Of a stretch of DNA of 52,343 nucleotides, positions 6,739 through 16,360 are shown piece by piece. Source of the stretch: a virus (lineage: Duplodnaviria > Caudoviricetes); IMG/VR virus record IMGVR_UViG_3300037761_000202, positions 1 through 52,343 of that record; one strand, written 5' to 3'. A model generated the notes under the pieces. The model ran no database searches and was not told where the DNA came from. It saw nothing but the letters and a program-made list of their open reading frames with translations. The translations under genes and the position numbers were made by a program. How positions within the stretch are numbered: position 1 is the first letter of the stretch; every line of letters starts with the position of its first letter.

Positions 6739-6751
6739 CGCCCTACCCCCG

Positions 6752-7192
6752 TCATCCGTAGGCGTACTGGCACCACATCAGCGCCGGTGTGAGCGCGGCC
6801 GCGTCGAGCCGGCAGGAGCCCGTCCCGCCGTTGCGTTCGGCGGTGACCACAAACGTCTGGTTGCCGGTGGAGGCCGCGGTCCAGAACGCCATCAGCGGCA
6901 GCGGGCCGTACCCGAAGCTGGACGTGCCGCCGCCGATCTGCTGCCCGAGCTGCATCGTGGTCCCGGACACGTCGGTCGGCTTCAACCGGCACACGATCTG
7001 GTCGGTCGCCACGTCGCTGCCCCACCGGGCCATGCACCACACCTGGTAGGTCCGGCCGGCCACCAGCGGCCGGTCCGCCAGCGTCATCACGACCACTTCG
7101 GTGGTGAACGCTGAGCTGTCCGAGGTGACGATCGTCGGGGTGCCGATCATCTCCCCGGGGATGCGTCCGTCCACATAGAGTGTGCCGGCCAT
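6752..7192 (-). CDS. Minor tail protein
   Basis: Last gene of the tail module, beta-rich. Confidence 0.65.
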   Translation of the reverse strand: MAGTLYVDGRIPGEMIGTPTIVTSDSSAFTTEVVVMTLADRPLVAGRTYQVWCMARWGSDVATDQIVCRLKPTDVSGTTMQLGQQIGGGTSSFGYGPLPLMAFWTAASTGNQTFVVTAERNGGTGSCRLDAAALTPALMWCQYAYG

Positions 7193-7196
7193 GCCG

Positions 7197-10007
7197 CTAC
7201 CCCCAGGGTCCGATCACGGTCTGGTGCCACATCTCCACCGGCGCGGCGGTGGCGTGAGCCTTGACGATGCCGTTCACTGAGCGGACCACGGTCAGCGTCT
7301 GGGTCCGGTTCGGGAAGGTACCGGTCGCCGAGCCGGCGGCGGTCACGGTCATCCGCTCGCCGCCGATCTTGATGTCGTAGTCGACGCCCTCGTGGCCCCA
7401 GTCCGCCCCGCCGCCGCAGTGGATGTCAGCGCCGGTCTCTGTGGTGTCCAGCGCCTCGCCCAGCGTGGTCGAGTCCGAGCCGGTGACCCCGTAGGCCTGG
7501 TCGCCGACGACCGCGACCAGGAACGGACGCGCGGCGGTGGTGTGCAGATCGATCAGCCACTCGTCCACGGTGATCGTCTCGGTGATGCCCAGGACGATCT
7601 GCTCGATCTGCTCGGCCGGCATGCCGGCCGGCGGGTTGGCGATGACGATCAGCGCGCCCTCGGCCAGCGCCTGGACTGCGGCGAGCAGCGCCGCACCGTC
7701 CGTCCGCAGGCTCAGGCTGCGCATGTTGATGCGGATGGTCGGGTACCGGTCCTCATCGTGCGTGCCGTGCCACGCCCACCAGCCGGACACCGACGCCAGC
7801 TGCACGTCGGACGCCACCTCGAACAGCTCCCGCTTCGCCACCCGCCCGGCGCTGTCGACCCCCCGCGGGCCGGTGGTGATGACCGTCCGGTGCTCCCCAC
7901 CGTCCGGCCGCGCGGCGGTCACGTCGTTCGCCAACCCGAAATCGTCCGGGGTCGGGTCGAACGGCGGGCTGATGTGAGCCTCAGCCCAGTCCAGCGTCAG
8001 GTCCGCCGGCCGTGGGAGGTAGAGGCTGGTCAGCGCGTTGAAGTGCAGCCCGACCGCGGCCTGCTGCTCCACCAGGATCGGCGCGCGCGAGCCGGCCGCC
8101 TCAACCTTGGCGCACTCCCCTAGAACGCCCAGGAACTCACCCGGACGCTGCGGACCCATCATCGCCGACTCCGGAGCCGTACCGACCGAGACCCCGGAGA
8201 CGGCCAGCGTCACCGGCAGCGTGTTGGTGATGCCAGCGGTCAGCGACGTCCGCACACCTACCGCCCCGGCCGCCGGCAGTGACGAGTCGACCGCCTCCCC
8301 CGACCAGTTGGATGGTTGGGGACCGGCCGCGTCCCAAAGCTTCATCCGCAGCACGCTGCCGCGGCCCTGTGCCCGGATGGCGATCACCGTCGTGTCGTCA
8401 TACGCGACGCTGCCGTCCACGCCGGTCAGCGCCAGCAGGGTGGCGATGCCGCCCACCGTGGCCGAGATGGACCCTGAGACCGTGCCGCCGGTGAAGAACC
8501 GTCCCGAGAAGCTGTACCGGTTGTTCGCGTCGAGCACCCTGGCCACGATCGCGGCGAACATCAGGTCACCGGGGCCACCGGTGAGCACGTCGGCGACCCG
8601 GACCAGGACCGTCTTGTCGAAGTCGGCCACGGACACGTCCAGGATGCACTCCCGGCCCGACTCCAGGGTGTCAACGTCGATCGTCGCCTCACCCGGGGTT
8701 ACCGCGTAGTCGGCCGCGTCACCGCCGGACGTGGTCCAGCCGGCGCCCCAGCCGGATGACTCCGTGCGGTCAAACGTGTCCACGGCCACCCGCGCGCCGA
8801 AGGTCAGGCTGATCCCTTCGTCCAGGCACAGCCGCTCCGTACGGTCCAGCGCCGTCTCACCGGCCCAGCCCTCAATCGGGGAGACGACCCCCGGGGCTAG
8901 ATCAAACGTCGGCTGGATCAGCTTGAAGTGGTTCGGGTCGGACGCGACCGCCATGTGACCCAACCCAACCGGATCCTTGCCGGACGGGGACGCGAACAGC
9001 GGCCGGGGGCGGATGCGGGTGACCCGGCCGACCGGGGCGCCGGACGCGAACGCCTCCCAACTCCCGCGCGCCAGCAGCTCCACGATCTGAGTGCCGGGCG
9101 CGTCAGGGTCGTTGTAGACCACCACCCCGCCTAGCTGCCACTGCCCGTCGTCGACGTTGGCCGCTGTCGAGGTGTGGGTGACACCGGTGGTGCCATCGTT
9201 GTCCGTGACCACCTGCAGCTTGCCACCTGAGCTGATCTTGAGCGACCAGTCGGTGTCCTCACCGTCCGTCTTCCACTCGCACAACCAGCACTCGCCGGAG
9301 CCGGCTGGCGCGCGGAACACGACGTACACGGCCCACGGCGGCCCGTGCGGGGCGACCGAGCCGCCCGTCCCCCACCCGAAGTAGCCGCTGACCGGCCACT
9401 CGGGCAGCGGGTCCGAGCCCGGCAGGGTCGCGTCCTGGGCGAACTCGGGCAGCGGGGCCACGTAGGCGATCCCGGTCTGGCTGGGCACCAGGTTGGTGGT
9501 CCGGCGGGTGTCGCTGCCGTCCTCCAGCGGCAGGTAGCCGTGCAGCCGCTCTCCCATGGACAGGAAGTAGCGGCGAAGCGCCGACTGGACCGGCGAGCTC
9601 GCCACCCCCAGCCGGCGTAGCACCCCCGCCGCCTGCAAAGGCACCCACCGGTCACGCTCCGACACGTCCCACCGCGGCGGCCAGGACACCACCTCCTGGA
9701 CCGTCCGCACCGTCGACGTTGAGCCGACCAGCCCCGCCGACAGCCGCACCGGCGTGTTCGGCCCGATCAACCCGAACAGGTCCGACAACGGGTTACGCGT
9801 GGCGTACCGGTTGCTGACCGCCGGGTTGACCTTGCTCTCGCCGTTCTGCAGGGTCAGCGCGAGCGAGCCGGCGTCGGCCGAACCGCCCTCGTTGGCGATC
9901 CCGCGGGTGACCTGGGCCGGGTCCTCCTCCTTGGTGTCGGCGGTGATGTCATGCCACTGCCCGGAGTAGAAGATCTCGACGGTCCGCGTGGTCAGCTCGG
10001 CCATCAC
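7197..10007 (-). CDS. Minor tail/baseplate hub protein with inserted lectin-like (LamG/ConA-type) domains
   Basis: 936 aa after TMP; YLPLEDGS, VDDGQWQ, DTFDRT..SGWG, NDVTAARPDG, DIKIGGERMTVT..VVRSVNG motifs typical of actinophage minor tails. Confidence 0.8.
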   Translation of the reverse strand: MMAELTTRTVEIFYSGQWHDITADTKEEDPAQVTRGIANEGGSADAGSLALTLQNGESKVNPAVSNRYATRNPLSDLFGLIGPNTPVRLSAGLVGSTSTVRTVQEVVSWPPRWDVSERDRWVPLQAAGVLRRLGVASSPVQSALRRYFLSMGERLHGYLPLEDGSDTRRTTNLVPSQTGIAYVAPLPEFAQDATLPGSDPLPEWPVSGYFGWGTGGSVAPHGPPWAVYVVFRAPAGSGECWLCEWKTDGEDTDWSLKISSGGKLQVVTDNDGTTGVTHTSTAANVDDGQWQLGGVVVYNDPDAPGTQIVELLARGSWEAFASGAPVGRVTRIRPRPLFASPSGKDPVGLGHMAVASDPNHFKLIQPTFDLAPGVVSPIEGWAGETALDRTERLCLDEGISLTFGARVAVDTFDRTESSGWGAGWTTSGGDAADYAVTPGEATIDVDTLESGRECILDVSVADFDKTVLVRVADVLTGGPGDLMFAAIVARVLDANNRYSFSGRFFTGGTVSGSISATVGGIATLLALTGVDGSVAYDDTTVIAIRAQGRGSVLRMKLWDAAGPQPSNWSGEAVDSSLPAAGAVGVRTSLTAGITNTLPVTLAVSGVSVGTAPESAMMGPQRPGEFLGVLGECAKVEAAGSRAPILVEQQAAVGLHFNALTSLYLPRPADLTLDWAEAHISPPFDPTPDDFGLANDVTAARPDGGEHRTVITTGPRGVDSAGRVAKRELFEVASDVQLASVSGWWAWHGTHDEDRYPTIRINMRSLSLRTDGAALLAAVQALAEGALIVIANPPAGMPAEQIEQIVLGITETITVDEWLIDLHTTAARPFLVAVVGDQAYGVTGSDSTTLGEALDTTETGADIHCGGGADWGHEGVDYDIKIGGERMTVTAAGSATGTFPNRTQTLTVVRSVNGIVKAHATAAPVEMWHQTVIGPWG

Positions 10008-10495
10008 GCCACCGCCGGCACGGGACGCCCGAGCGCGGGCGTGCCCCGCACGGTGAACTGCATGTCGATCCGCGCCGGGTCGTCACCCAGCTCAATCCCC
10101 CGGCCCAGCGCGGCCACCCGAACGGGCCACACGTCCATCGGGTTATCCGCCACGTCCCCGCCGTACAGGTGCAGCACGTGACCTTTCGTACCCTCCGGAA
10201 GGGTCGAGGAGACATCCCCACCGGTCCGGTCGCCGTAGAACACCAGCCGCGAGTCATCCACGAACAGCGACCCGTGCAGTTGCACCTCGAAGTCGTCGCG
10301 GTACGCCTGGCCGGAGCGGACGCGGCGGCGCACGTGCCAGCCGACCACCGTGGCGACCTGGCCGGTCAGGTCGATACCGGCGTCGATCTCGGCCCGGGTC
10401 GGCCACGCCAGTACGGCGATCGACTCCACCCAGTAGATCCGGGTTTGCCCGGCGGCGATGTAGCGGGTGGTGGCCGCGAGCGGTGTCGGACTCAC
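10004..10495 (-). CDS. Paralog of the major tail (tube) protein in the distal-tail position
   Basis: AGGAGG then GTG 10495; colinear motifs shared with 14456-14959 (RYI, TRxExDAGxDL, GGDVxxNxxDxxPVxVA, DPA, TPA). Confidence 0.85.
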   Translation of the reverse strand: MSPTPLAATTRYIAAGQTRIYWVESIAVLAWPTRAEIDAGIDLTGQVATVVGWHVRRRVRSGQAYRDDFEVQLHGSLFVDDSRLVFYGDRTGGDVSSTLPEGTKGHVLHLYGGDVADNPMDVWPVRVAALGRGIELGDDPARIDMQFTVRGTPALGRPVPAVA

Positions 10496-10551
10496 GCCAC
10501 ACCTCCTAGATCGATTCGCCGGGTTGGACCGGTGGCCGTACCATCCGGGGC

Positions 10552-10797
10552 ATGACCACCACGCAGAGTCCCACCACCACCACCGCCAACCCGTGGATGA
10601 CCATGGGTTGGTTCCTCGCCGTCGCCGCCCTGATCGGCGGGGTGATCGCCGTGGCCACTGCCGCGGACCCCGACTCCACCGGCTACAGCCCGGTGTGGGC
10701 AAACCTCGGGATGGCGTTCGTGATCGTCGGCGGCTCGTTGGCGGCCGGGCTGCTCGCCGCGGGCGCGGTCAACTGGCAGCTCCGCCAGCAGGACTAA
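10552..10797 (+). CDS. Two-TM membrane protein, antisense moron within the tail operon
   Basis: Two TM helices; TACCAT 7 nt before ATG (leaderless promoter). Confidence 0.75.
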   Translation: MTTTQSPTTTTANPWMTMGWFLAVAALIGGVIAVATAADPDSTGYSPVWANLGMAFVIVGGSLAAGLLAAGAVNWQLRQQD

Positions 10798-13598
10798 CGC
10801 CCGCGGACGTCGCTGCGGAATGAGTCGCTGACCAGCATCTTGTGCCGGACTGCCCAGGTCACCAGGTCCGCCAGCCGGGAGTCGGCGTGGGGTCCACCGT
10901 CGAAACGGATCGTGATCTCCCGCTCTCCACCCGCGCCGCCGACCGGCCAACGGCCGGTCGCGTTGAACGACGCCAGTTCCGCCCGGTTCGCCTCCGCCAC
11001 CGGGCGGCGGACCACAAACTCACGGTTGGTCAGTCTCGCGTCCACCTGGTCGACGCCCTCCGGGCCGTTGACCTCGCCGCCGTGTTGGAAACCCACCCGC
11101 TGGGAGCCGACCGGCGCTGTTATCGACTGGTGAATGTCGATGTCGACCCGGCGGGGAATCCGATCCAGCGCAAACTTCAGGTTACGGGCGTTGCGTTCGG
11201 CCGCGGTCAGCCCCGGCGTACGGATCGACGTCGACACCGCCGACGGGATCTGGTCGTACGCCTCGGCGTAGCGCTCGATCGCCTTCTCACTGAACCCGGC
11301 CTGGCGCATCTGCTCGACGAACTTACGGCGCAACTTCTCCGTCTCCGTGGTCAGATCCTCGGCCCCGGCGCCAGCCTCGGCCATCGTGGAGATGACGTCC
11401 AGGTGTGAGCGGATCAACGCCCGCACGTTGTCCCGGTTGGACAACGCGGCCTCGCCGTTGCCGTCCAGCTTCGCCCCGTTTTCGGCAGCCTCCTCGGTCA
11501 GCCGGCGCATCGCGTTGGCCGCGGCATCCTGGGCCTCCTCGACGTCGAACAATCCGACGAACAGGGCGTCGAGCGCCTCGTCCAGCTCCTTGATGCCCTC
11601 CGCCAGATCCCCGGCGGTGTCAGCGGTCACCTCAAACGCGCCCACCAGCCGCTGCTCCTGCTCGGTCAGCTCCCGGGCACTGTCGGCACCCTCACCCCGG
11701 GCCTGGTTCAGCAGCTCGTGCAGCTTCTGGGCGTCGCCGACCCGGGCGCCCTCATCCTGGACGACCTCGATGATCTCCTCGATGGCGCGCCGCTGGGAGT
11801 CAGCCGCAGCCCGGGCCTTACCCCGCTCAGAGCTGGCCAGCCCGATCCCCTCGCCCAGCTCCTCCTCATGACGCTTGGCAGCCTCAAGCCGCTGGTTCAG
11901 GAAGTCGAGAGCGGCCGCCTCGCCCAGTGCCGCATCGACGGCCACGTCCATCCCGACGTTCGCCCGCTCCAGGTTCTGAGTGAAGTCGTTCAGCTCACGC
12001 CCCGACACGCTGAACACGCCGGTCGCCTTACGGTTCGCCAGCTCGTTGGCCAACCAGACACGGGTGTTGTCGGTGACCGCCCCGGTCTGGTCGTCCAGCG
12101 TGGTCGACAGATCCTTGACCTTCGCCCGGGCGTTGGCCTGGCTCACCGCGTAGGCGCTCAACGCGGTGACCGCCACCCCCAGCGCGATACCCCACGGCCC
12201 GGCCAGGAACGACGTCACCCCACCGGACACGGACCGGAAGGCGCCGACCGCGACCGCGGCCCGGCCGCCGCTGGCGGCGATCTGGTCCATGGCCTGACGG
12301 AACTGGTGGATCTTCGGTACGGCTATCAACGCCGTGCCGCCGGCCAGTAGCAACCCGGCTGTCAGCAGCGCGAGCACCGCCAGCATGGTCCGCAGTGGCC
12401 CCGGCAGGCCGCCGATGACCCCAGCCAGCGCCGCGGTTTTGTCCGCCGCTGCGCCGACCGCCGGCAGGAACGTCTGGCCCATGCTGATCGCGAAGTCGTT
12501 GACCTGGTTGCGTGCGATGGCCAGCCGCGCCTCAACGGTGCCGTACCGGCGCTCGGCCTCCTCGGTCAGCGCCGTGTTCTCCTGCCACGCCTGGGATCCG
12601 GTCTTAAGCGAGCGGGTGAGCAGGTCACCGGAGCCGGACAGCCGGCGCAGCGCGTCCGAGACCCGAATCTCCGTCAGCCCCAGCTGACCCAGCACCGCGT
12701 TCACGTCCCCGCCGGTGGCCTGGATCTTCGCGAGCCCGGTCACGAAGCTGGCGATCGCCGCACCCGCGTCCCGCTCGTAGGCGGTCCGGAAGTCGTCGGC
12801 GGTCATCCCGGCCGTACGGGCGAAGACCTCCAGCTCCTCACCACCGGCCCGCACCGCGGAGTCGATTTCCAGGAACACGCGGCTGACCGCGGTACCGCCG
12901 GCCTCCGCCGCGATACCCACGCTGGACAGCGCCGCCGCGTAGGACAGCACGTCGGCCTCAGACAGGCCGATCTGCCGGCCGGCGCCGGAAAGCCGCAACG
13001 CCATCGACACGATCTCGGACTCGGTGGTCGCCGAGTTGTTACCCAGGTCGACGATGGTGGAGCCGAGCCGGTCAACATCCTCCGGCGCGGTCTGCATGAT
13101 GTTCATCATGCGAGCCAGCGCGGTCGCCGCATCGGTCGCGGCAAGGTTGGTCGACTGCCCCATGTCGATCATGACCTTGGTGAAGCCGGCCACGTTCTCC
13201 CGCTGGATACCGAGCTGACCGGCCGCCTCAGCCACCGCCGCGATCTCCGCGTGGGTCGCCGGCAACACGGCGGTCAGGCCACGGATCTCCTTCTCCAGCG
13301 CCGCCATCTGCTCATCGGTGCCGTCCACCGTCTTCAGCACCCCGGCCCAGCTGGACTCCCAGTCGATCGCGGCCTTCACCGCCAGTCCGAGCCCGGCCGC
13401 GATAGCCGCACCGGCGACCAGCATCCCCCGGCCGACCTTGGTCATCGCCGCGTCGACCTTGGCCTGCTGCCGCTCCAGCTTCCGCAGCTCCCGCTCGTAG
13501 GCGTTCGCTGCCCGCTTGGCCTTCTCTAGCTCCTGGGCGGTCTTACCGGTGTCGGCCTCTACTTTGATGACGAGGTCGCGCCGCATGCTACCGGGCAC
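10794..13598 (-). CDS. Tape measure protein (TP901 family)
   Basis: 934 aa, Ala-rich helical; AIDWESSWAGVLKTVDGT...LGSTIVDLGNNSATTESEI...AEAGGTAVSR; follows the chaperones. Confidence 0.95.
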   Translation of the reverse strand: MPGSMRRDLVIKVEADTGKTAQELEKAKRAANAYERELRKLERQQAKVDAAMTKVGRGMLVAGAAIAAGLGLAVKAAIDWESSWAGVLKTVDGTDEQMAALEKEIRGLTAVLPATHAEIAAVAEAAGQLGIQRENVAGFTKVMIDMGQSTNLAATDAATALARMMNIMQTAPEDVDRLGSTIVDLGNNSATTESEIVSMALRLSGAGRQIGLSEADVLSYAAALSSVGIAAEAGGTAVSRVFLEIDSAVRAGGEELEVFARTAGMTADDFRTAYERDAGAAIASFVTGLAKIQATGGDVNAVLGQLGLTEIRVSDALRRLSGSGDLLTRSLKTGSQAWQENTALTEEAERRYGTVEARLAIARNQVNDFAISMGQTFLPAVGAAADKTAALAGVIGGLPGPLRTMLAVLALLTAGLLLAGGTALIAVPKIHQFRQAMDQIAASGGRAAVAVGAFRSVSGGVTSFLAGPWGIALGVAVTALSAYAVSQANARAKVKDLSTTLDDQTGAVTDNTRVWLANELANRKATGVFSVSGRELNDFTQNLERANVGMDVAVDAALGEAAALDFLNQRLEAAKRHEEELGEGIGLASSERGKARAAADSQRRAIEEIIEVVQDEGARVGDAQKLHELLNQARGEGADSARELTEQEQRLVGAFEVTADTAGDLAEGIKELDEALDALFVGLFDVEEAQDAAANAMRRLTEEAAENGAKLDGNGEAALSNRDNVRALIRSHLDVISTMAEAGAGAEDLTTETEKLRRKFVEQMRQAGFSEKAIERYAEAYDQIPSAVSTSIRTPGLTAAERNARNLKFALDRIPRRVDIDIHQSITAPVGSQRVGFQHGGEVNGPEGVDQVDARLTNREFVVRRPVAEANRAELASFNATGRWPVGGAGGEREITIRFDGGPHADSRLADLVTWAVRHKMLVSDSFRSDVRGR

Positions 13599-13929
13599 GG
13601 CGCACCTCCTCGTTACGGACCAGCCTCACGTGCACACCACGCACCTCAGCCGGGTCACGATGCGACAACGACGCGCGCATGTTCTCCAGCTGCTCGCAGC
13701 CGTGGCACAGCTCCAACTTCGGCAGATGCGCCGCCGCGTGGCCGCCCAGCTCCGGGCGCCACTCCGCCGCGCGGGTGCCACAACCCGGGCAGGTCTCCGC
13801 CGACCGGACGAACTCCCAGATCGCCTTGCCCCGGTCGTCGGCCGACCAGGACAGAAACGCCGAGTGGGGGATCTGGTAGGCCCGGCAGACCCTCAGCTCA
13901 AGGGCCAGCTGGGCATCCCGGTCAAGCCT
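13588..13929 (-). CDS. Tail assembly chaperone, -1 frameshift extension (gpGT-like)
   Basis: Open -1 frame after the slippery site: RLDRDAQLALELRVCRAYQIPHSAFLSW...CPGCGT...CHGC...VRRAR-stop. Confidence 0.85.
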   Translation of the reverse strand, partial: RLDRDAQLALELRVCRAYQIPHSAFLSWSADDRGKAIWEFVRSAETCPGCGTRAAEWRPELGGHAAAHLPKLELCHGCEQLENMRASLSHRDPAEVRGVHVRLVRNEEVRRAR

Positions 13930-14456
13930 TTTGGGAGCACCACCGAATCCACGAACCGCGCCCGCTCATTCAAGCCGAGCACCAGCACCCGCAGCTCCTG
14001 ACGCTCACCGTCCGAGCAGTGCTCAGCCAGGAACGCAGCCCAGTCCTCGGCCGACATCCCCGCGTCGGTGCCCGCCGCCAACACCGCAGGCACGAACGTG
14101 TCGACCTCCACGTCCGCCGGGTCGCCATCCCCTTCAGGCTCTGGCTTCGGCGGGTGCTGCGCCTTCAGTGCCTCGTAGACGGCCGGGTTCAGCGCGGTGA
14201 TCATCACCGTCGCGTAGCAGGCGTCAACGACCGCCTCAGCCTCGGCCACCCGCTCCTGCGCAGCGCGGTGTTCCGGCGAATCCTTGTCGTGACGCAGCAG
14301 CGACTGCCGCGCGTGCTGCTGCACCTCCGCCAGCCGCTGCCGCGCCTCGGTCGGGTCGGCGACGCGGATCGGGTACGGCAGCGACGGCCGGGGCCGGCTG
14401 AGCAGCCGCTCCCGCTGGCTGCGGCCAGCCCCGGCCGACTTCTTACGCTGAGCCAT
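13893..14456 (-). CDS. Tail assembly chaperone (gpG-like)
   Basis: Between major tail and TMP; YEALKAQHPP, LNE...LPK before the slippery site. Confidence 0.85.
   Translation of the reverse strand: MAQRKKSAGAGRSQRERLLSRPRPSLPYPIRVADPTEARQRLAEVQQHARQSLLRHDKDSPEHRAAQERVAEAEAVVDACYATVMITALNPAVYEALKAQHPPKPEPEGDGDPADVEVDTFVPAVLAAGTDAGMSAEDWAAFLAEHCSDGERQELRVLVLGLNERARFVDSVVLPKGLTGMPSWPLS
13929..13935 (-). promoter_or_regulatory. -1 programmed frameshift heptamer C CCA AAA
   Basis: X XXY YYZ in the reading frame of the chaperone. Confidence 0.85.
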
Positions 14457-14959
14457 CAGACCAGCGCCGGCAGCGCCCAGTCGATGGCCGGCGTCCGCGT
14501 GATCGCGAAGGACACCACCACGTTGGCCGGGTCCTCCCCGGCCAGGTCGACCGACTTGGCCGCGGACGCCACGGTCACCGGGAACGTGTCGGCCAGGTTG
14601 TTCTGGACGTCACCGCCCCAGCAGAAGACCACGAACCCGGTCGTACCCCGGGGAAGCAGGGCGCGCAACGCGTCCGCACCGGTCTTCGTCATGTAGAACG
14701 TGGCGGTCGAGTTCTCGGCCGTGGTCCGACCGATCACCTTGGAGGTGAAGGCGGAGCCGGCGTCCGGCGCGTCGACGATGTTGCTCGACACGTTCCACCC
14801 GGAGGTCGCCCGCAGCTCCGGGGACAGGTCGGTGCCGGCGTCCAGCTCGGTCCGGGTCGCCTGCAGGGTGGTCGCCGCCGCGATAGCGGTGAGGAAATAC
14901 ATCTTGGACACGCCGGGGTGGATGTACCGGACCGCCGCGGTGATCGGTGTGGCTGGCAT
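14456..14959 (-). CDS. Major tail (tube) protein
   Basis: TRTELDAGTDLS...GWNVSSNIVDAPD...LLPRGTTGFVV; position before the chaperone. Confidence 0.9.
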   Translation of the reverse strand: MPATPITAAVRYIHPGVSKMYFLTAIAAATTLQATRTELDAGTDLSPELRATSGWNVSSNIVDAPDAGSAFTSKVIGRTTAENSTATFYMTKTGADALRALLPRGTTGFVVFCWGGDVQNNLADTFPVTVASAAKSVDLAGEDPANVVVSFAITRTPAIDWALPALV

Positions 14960-14961
14960 TG

Positions 14962-15153
14962 CTACTCCTCAGTGGTCGATGCCGGTCCGGCCGGCTGGCT
15001 CCTACGGCGCCGGCTGGTGGCCGGCTCGGGCTCGGGTGGCGTCGGCGGCGCGGGCGGGTCGGTCTCCTGCCAGCCGGCGGCGGCCCACACCATCACCGCC
15101 GAGTCGGGCACCTCCACCGGACCGCCGGCCTTCGGGTGGGTGATCCACGCCAT
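14962..15153 (-). CDS. Small virion-module protein
   Basis: MAWITHP...VEVPDSAV..WAAAGW; coupled to neighbours. Confidence 0.7.
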   Translation of the reverse strand: MAWITHPKAGGPVEVPDSAVMVWAAAGWQETDPPAPPTPPEPEPATSRRRRSQPAGPASTTEE

Positions 15154-15473
15154 CAGGAGATCACCTCAAACGTGACGTCCGCGGTGGCCGACCAGGTGAT
15201 GGTCACCAGGCCATCGGCCGGGTTCCGGTAGGTCGCGGTCGCCCGGATGTACCGGGCCTCACCAGCCGGCACCGCCACCGTCCGGTCAGCCACCGCCAGG
15301 TCGCCGTCCACAGTCTGGGGCGTGACCATGGTCAGGGTCACCGAACTGACCGAGTCGTTGATGGCCCGGATGATGCTGTCGGGCCGGACCTTGTCGCCGG
15401 CGCCGCCGGTGGCCGCGTTCGCGGTCGCCTCAAGGCCGGTCGTCGGGACCGGCTCCGTGCTCACTGTCGCCAT
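15153..15473 (-). CDS. Beta-rich structural protein
   Basis: RBS AGGAGGA; VDGDLAVADRTVAVPAG...GLVTITWS. Confidence 0.75.
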   Translation of the reverse strand: MATVSTEPVPTTGLEATANAATGGAGDKVRPDSIIRAINDSVSSVTLTMVTPQTVDGDLAVADRTVAVPAGEARYIRATATYRNPADGLVTITWSATADVTFEVIS

Positions 15474-15486
15474 ACTGTCCTCCTGA

Positions 15487-15903
15487 TCATCGCCAGCCCC
15501 GTCTACGCGCCGCCGACACCACCGCCCGGTCAGCCGCCCGGACAAACCCGCCCCGGCCCGCCCGGATCGCCGGCAGCAGGAACGGCCGGCCCTCCTGGGT
15601 CACCCACCGGTCCCGATGGCCGTGCACCGGATGCTTGAACGGGCCGAACTCGTACAACCGCGCATGCTCGGCCAGAGCAGCCGACACCACGAACTGCACA
15701 CCCGGCCGCTTCCGCGACCGCGACGCCCGCACCCGCAACGCCCCGGGAATCCGCGTCGACCAGTCGGCCCGGCCCCGCGCGTCGGCCAGGATCGGCTGCG
15801 CGGCGTGCACAAACTCGGGCGCCAACTCCCGGCGGATGTCGGCCGGCAACGCACCCAGGTCCACGATCAGCCGCCGCAGCTCACTAACCCCGGTGACCGG
15901 CAT
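15487..15903 (-). CDS. HK97 gp10-like neck/tail completion protein
   Basis: HARLYEFG...HPVHG...RPFLLPA. Confidence 0.8.
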   Translation of the reverse strand: MPVTGVSELRRLIVDLGALPADIRRELAPEFVHAAQPILADARGRADWSTRIPGALRVRASRSRKRPGVQFVVSAALAEHARLYEFGPFKHPVHGHRDRWVTQEGRPFLLPAIRAGRGGFVRAADRAVVSAARRRGWR

Positions 15904-15904
15904 G

Positions 15905-16360
15905 TCAGCCCCCGTCGAACGCGTCGACCAGAACCACCCACGAGATCGTCGCCGACGCGCCACCGGCCGACACGTCATCGCCCGAGGTCTGAACCTGGTC
16001 GAACGCGGCCACGAACGGCCGTGCGCGCATGCACAGCCCGCCCAGGGTCGGATCCCGCCGCAGCTCGGCCGCCAGCAGGTCCCACAGCTCGAAAGCCCGG
16101 TCCCGCACCGGCTTGGTGGTCGTGTCGCCGGTGACCACGGAGATCAGCCCGGCCACGTCATAGACCTCCCGGTCGACCATCCCGCCGGCGTCCTGCCGGT
16201 GCCAGTCCACCGAAACGGCCGCCCGCTCCATCTGCCAGCCGACCACCACCACCTCATCGGCCAGGTCCTCCACCGGCTGCCCGTCGCACACCTGGACATC
16301 CGGCATCACCGCCCGCACCGCGACCACCAACGCGTCCAACACCGCCGGGATGGTGGACAT
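15905..16360 (-). CDS. Tail terminator protein
   Basis: MSTIPAVLDALV...VRDRAFEL...LRRDPTLGG. Confidence 0.75.
   Translation of the reverse strand: MSTIPAVLDALVVAVRAVMPDVQVCDGQPVEDLADEVVVVGWQMERAAVSVDWHRQDAGGMVDREVYDVAGLISVVTGDTTTKPVRDRAFELWDLLAAELRRDPTLGGLCMRARPFVAAFDQVQTSGDDVSAGGASATISWVVLVDAFDGG

Noticed and set aside
6752-10007. Diversity-generating retroelement or invertible tail-fibre shufflon
   Set aside because: No reverse transcriptase, no TR/VR pair and no inverted crossover repeats seen around tail genes
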